DNA of 18,536 nucleotides from a virus (Duplodnaviria; Heunggongvirae; Uroviricota; Caudoviricetes): IMG/VR virus record IMGVR_UViG_2744054582_000011, positions 1 to 18,536 of that record; one strand, 5' to 3'. Shown piece by piece: positions 16,237 to 18,536 of this stretch (position 1 is its first letter; each line of letters starts with the position of its first letter). The notes under the pieces were generated by a model. It saw only the letters and a program-made list of their open reading frames with translations, ran no database searches and was not told where the DNA came from. The position numbers and the translations under genes were made by a program.

Positions 16237-16678
16237 AATAGCATCTTGCATCCGTATGCTGTTTATACGGATGCGTCATCATGTCAAAAATACTTTTCCA
16301 GTCATCAAGCCCTATTGACCATTTAATACTATTTATATCGCCTGATTTAGAAATTATCGTTTCACGAAGCGCCTTAGCTAGTTCCATGCGCTCTTGAACG
16401 GTCATACCAACGCATTCATATTTAATGCGCAAAAAAGAGTCATAAAATAAAGATTTCAAATTCAGCCGTAGAATTTCTTCATCACCATCTGAACTAATAA
16501 AAACAAGTTCATCATTATCCAAAATGATATTTTGTTTTCTCAATTCATCGGCTGATTTATATTCTTTCGTACTATTAGCAAACTCACTATACGTAATAGT
16601 TAGGCTGTTAGATGGTGATGCATCTTCAAGGTTTCCTCTGATGATAGTCACCGATGTTTTATTTAAATCTTGCCTCAT
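16214..16678 (-). CDS. Hypothetical 154-aa acidic protein, first gene after cox; AT-rich insertion
   Basis: ATG at 16676-16678 with GGAGGAGCC immediately upstream, 10 nt after the cox stop. Markedly AT-rich. No counterpart in the P2 cox-orf78-B arrangement as I recall it. Confidence 0.6.
   Translation of the reverse strand: MRQDLNKTSVTIIRGNLEDASPSNSLTITYSEFANSTKEYKSADELRKQNIILDNDELVFISSDGDEEILRLNLKSLFYDSFLRIKYECVGMTVQERMELAKALRETIISKSGDINSIKWSIGLDDWKSIFDMMTHPYKQHTDARCYFKNDLYQ
16248..16274. other. Perfect 10-bp stem-loop (GCATCCGTAT / loop GCTGTTT / ATACGGATGC)
   Basis: Exact inverted repeat read from the sequence, 12 nt after the 64-aa ORF stop and inside the 3' end of the 154-aa ORF. No T-tract follows on the + strand. 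Confidence 0.6.
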
Positions 16679-16687
16679 GGCTCCTCC

Positions 16688-17044
16688 TTAGGCCGCGTGG
16701 CCATGTCTGGATTTGCTGTAACTTATGCGGTTCTTCCAGTCATGCCATTCTGTCGGTGCTTCATCGACTAGCTGGGCTGCATATTTGTCCCACTCACGCC
16801 GATTAATCCATAACTCAGCGTGACCGCCCGGCTTTAACGGATCTGTCATATAGAATGCTGGCAGCTTTCCAGCTCGTGCCATTTCAGCCACCGCGCGAGG
16901 AGTCTTTCCGATGTAAAGAGCAAAACCCTCTTTCGACAGTAAATCTGACGGATCCGCAGCCAATTTAATGGAATCACGCTTGTTTTTTTTAAGAGCAGAA
17001 ACTTCTTGTCTTTTCTCGTCACAAATTTCAGATCCGACATTCAT
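16688..17044 (-). CDS. cox: Cox-like excisionase / early-switch repressor
   Basis: 118-aa ORF, ATG at 17042-17044 with GAGGA upstream. Central segment GKLPAFYMTDPLKPGGHAELWI resembles the P2 Cox core (KLPVIDMTDP...). Divergent from C as in P2. Longer than P2 Cox. Confidence 0.7.
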   Translation of the reverse strand: MNVGSEICDEKRQEVSALKKNKRDSIKLAADPSDLLSKEGFALYIGKTPRAVAEMARAGKLPAFYMTDPLKPGGHAELWINRREWDKYAAQLVDEAPTEWHDWKNRISYSKSRHGHAA

Positions 17045-17147
17045 TTTGCTATCCTCACATTGATGTCAGCGATCTAGAGCGATTTAGAGTCGTTAGATGC
17101 TGATAAATCATATCAACTATGCAAAAGAATACGAGGTTAGAGAATTT
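17045..17147. promoter_or_regulatory. Lysis-lysogeny switch region between divergent cox and C (face-to-face Pe/Pc promoters and operators expected)
   Basis: Tandem direct repeat AGCGATCTAGAG / AGCGATTTAGAG at 17068-17089 and inverted repeat TGATA-N5-TATCA at 17101-17115 are candidate operators. Exact -35/-10 elements not assigned. Confidence 0.55.
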
Positions 17148-17447
17148 ATGTCAACTGACACTAGCGAACGTTTGAAGCTTATCCGTGAATCTGAACGTCT
17201 GAAAATGAAGGAGGTAGCTGAACTAGCTGGCATCAACTACACCACATATGCAGGTTATGAATCAGGTAAGGCTATGATGTCCCTAGAAAATGCTAAGAAG
17301 TTTTTTAAAGTAGAAAGGTTCAGAAAATACCGTGACTGGTTCATGTTTGATGAAACTGATCCCGCTGGCGGACAAATAGCCCCGGCGCTCGCGCACATTG
17401 GGCAAGACTCAACAACCTTGTACCACTCAGACCAAAAGACTGGTTGA
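17148..17447 (+). CDS. C: Immunity repressor C
   Basis: ORF track starts at 17097; start placed at the ATG at 17148 with upstream GAGG, giving 99 aa. C-terminus GQIAPALAHIGQDSTTLYHSDQKTG closely matches the P2 C C-terminus; N-terminal HTH region is diverged. Confidence 0.8.
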   Translation: MSTDTSERLKLIRESERLKMKEVAELAGINYTTYAGYESGKAMMSLENAKKFFKVERFRKYRDWFMFDETDPAGGQIAPALAHIGQDSTTLYHSDQKTG

Positions 17448-17540
17448 CGATTTATTCAGCATATGTGTGCAGTAAGTGTACGAAAGAAAATTGCATTAAT
17501 TTTCAAGTAGTAGAAGTAAACAGCGTCATCGGAGGGCTTT

Positions 17541-18536
17541 ATGTCTATTAAAAAGCTCGATGATGGTCGTTATGAAGTGGACGTCAGACCGCAGGGTGCA
17601 GATGGAAAACGTATCAGGCGGAAATTTAAAACTAAAGGTGAAGCTCAAGCATTCGAGCGTCATGTTCTGGTTAACTACCACAACAAAGAGTGGTTAGAGA
17701 AGCCAGCCGACCGCCGAACTCTTACAGAGTTGTTAGGCAGATGGTGGATATATCACGGAAAATCACATGAGCGTGGAGATATTGAACGGGGGCGTTTAAC
17801 GACAATAATCGCCAAATTTGCAGAAATGGGAGTGTCCAGAGCTGACCAGCTAACAAAGAAAACGATAACTGATTATCGCGTTGTAATGATGAACGATGGT
17901 CTAAAACCAGCCAGCGTAAATCGGCATCTGGCAATAATGAGCGGGATGTTCACCAAGTTAATTGACGCCGGTGAATACCACTCTCACAACCCGTTCCGTG
18001 AGGTTAAGCGGTTACGTGAAGCTGTTACGGAAATGGCTTTTTTGTCCAGTGAAGAGATTACGCGGCTGTTATCCATGCTTGATGGTGATGAGTTAAATGC
18101 AACTCTGGTCTGCCTTTCTACTGGTGGACGCTGGAGTGAAGTGTCTAATTTGAAAGCTGAACACATCATTAACCAGATGGTTACGTTTATGAAAACTAAA
18201 AACGGAAAGCGCAGGACAATTCCCGTTTCGCAGGACCTGATTAAACGGATCAAGACCAAAAATTCAGGCAGGCTTTTTAATGCCAGTTACTACAAAGTGC
18301 GTAACGCTCTCAGGGAAGTAAAACCCGATTTACCTGACGGACAGGCAGTGCATGTTTTGAGGCATACATTTGCCACACATTTTATAATGAATGGAGGTAA
18401 CATAATCACATTGCAGCGCATCCTGGGTCATTCTAACATTCAGCAAACTATGACCTACGCACACTTTGCACCGGATTTCTTACAAGATGCTGTGACTCTT
18501 AACCCGGTGTCAGGAATGTCCATAATGCGTCCATAA
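17541..18536 (+). CDS. int: Tyrosine site-specific integrase (P2 Int family)
   Basis: 331-aa ORF with GGAGGG RBS. Catalytic signatures TGGRWSE, HVLRHTFATH and TYAHF (Tyr nucleophile). N-terminus MSIKKLDDGR resembles P2 Int. Confidence 0.9.
   Translation: MSIKKLDDGRYEVDVRPQGADGKRIRRKFKTKGEAQAFERHVLVNYHNKEWLEKPADRRTLTELLGRWWIYHGKSHERGDIERGRLTTIIAKFAEMGVSRADQLTKKTITDYRVVMMNDGLKPASVNRHLAIMSGMFTKLIDAGEYHSHNPFREVKRLREAVTEMAFLSSEEITRLLSMLDGDELNATLVCLSTGGRWSEVSNLKAEHIINQMVTFMKTKNGKRRTIPVSQDLIKRIKTKNSGRLFNASYYKVRNALREVKPDLPDGQAVHVLRHTFATHFIMNGGNIITLQRILGHSNIQQTMTYAHFAPDFLQDAVTLNPVSGMSIMRP

Noticed and set aside
1-18536. Search for tRNA, rRNA or CRISPR arrays
   Set aside because: No regularly spaced direct repeats with unique spacers and no tRNA-like cloverleaf candidates noticed by eye. 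The window is densely protein-coding.

Overview
The window is almost entirely a P2-like (Peduovirus-type) temperate phage genome in its circular or integrated arrangement, running from the tyrosine integrase at the high-coordinate end to the baseplate genes at the low end. Order (high to low): int, C repressor, switch region, cox and early operon (orf78-like, B, small ORFs, TraR-like, orf83-like, replication initiator A), a cargo locus, an internal cos site, then portal Q and terminase P (+ strand) divergent from O-N-M-L-X, lysis cassette Y-K-lysA-lysB/lysC, R-S-V and a truncated W (- strand). Protein identities come from my recollection of P2 sequences, gene order and motifs; I could not run any search. 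The backbone is ordinary. The interesting parts are three AT-rich insertions: (1) a 311-aa orphan gene sitting where P2 carries tin/old, between A and cos, a locus reported as an anti-phage defence hotspot; (2) a two-gene insertion between cox and orf78/B, with a convergent, 3'-overlapping gene pair and a perfect 10-bp hairpin at the junction; (3) two small coupled ORFs between B and the TraR-like gene. Separately, the first ~108 nt look like sequencing-library adapter (poly-T plus a near-match to the Illumina Nextera read-1/Tn5 mosaic-end adapter) fused to codon 19 of gpW, so the W truncation is probably an assembly artefact. No tRNA, rRNA or CRISPR array was seen.
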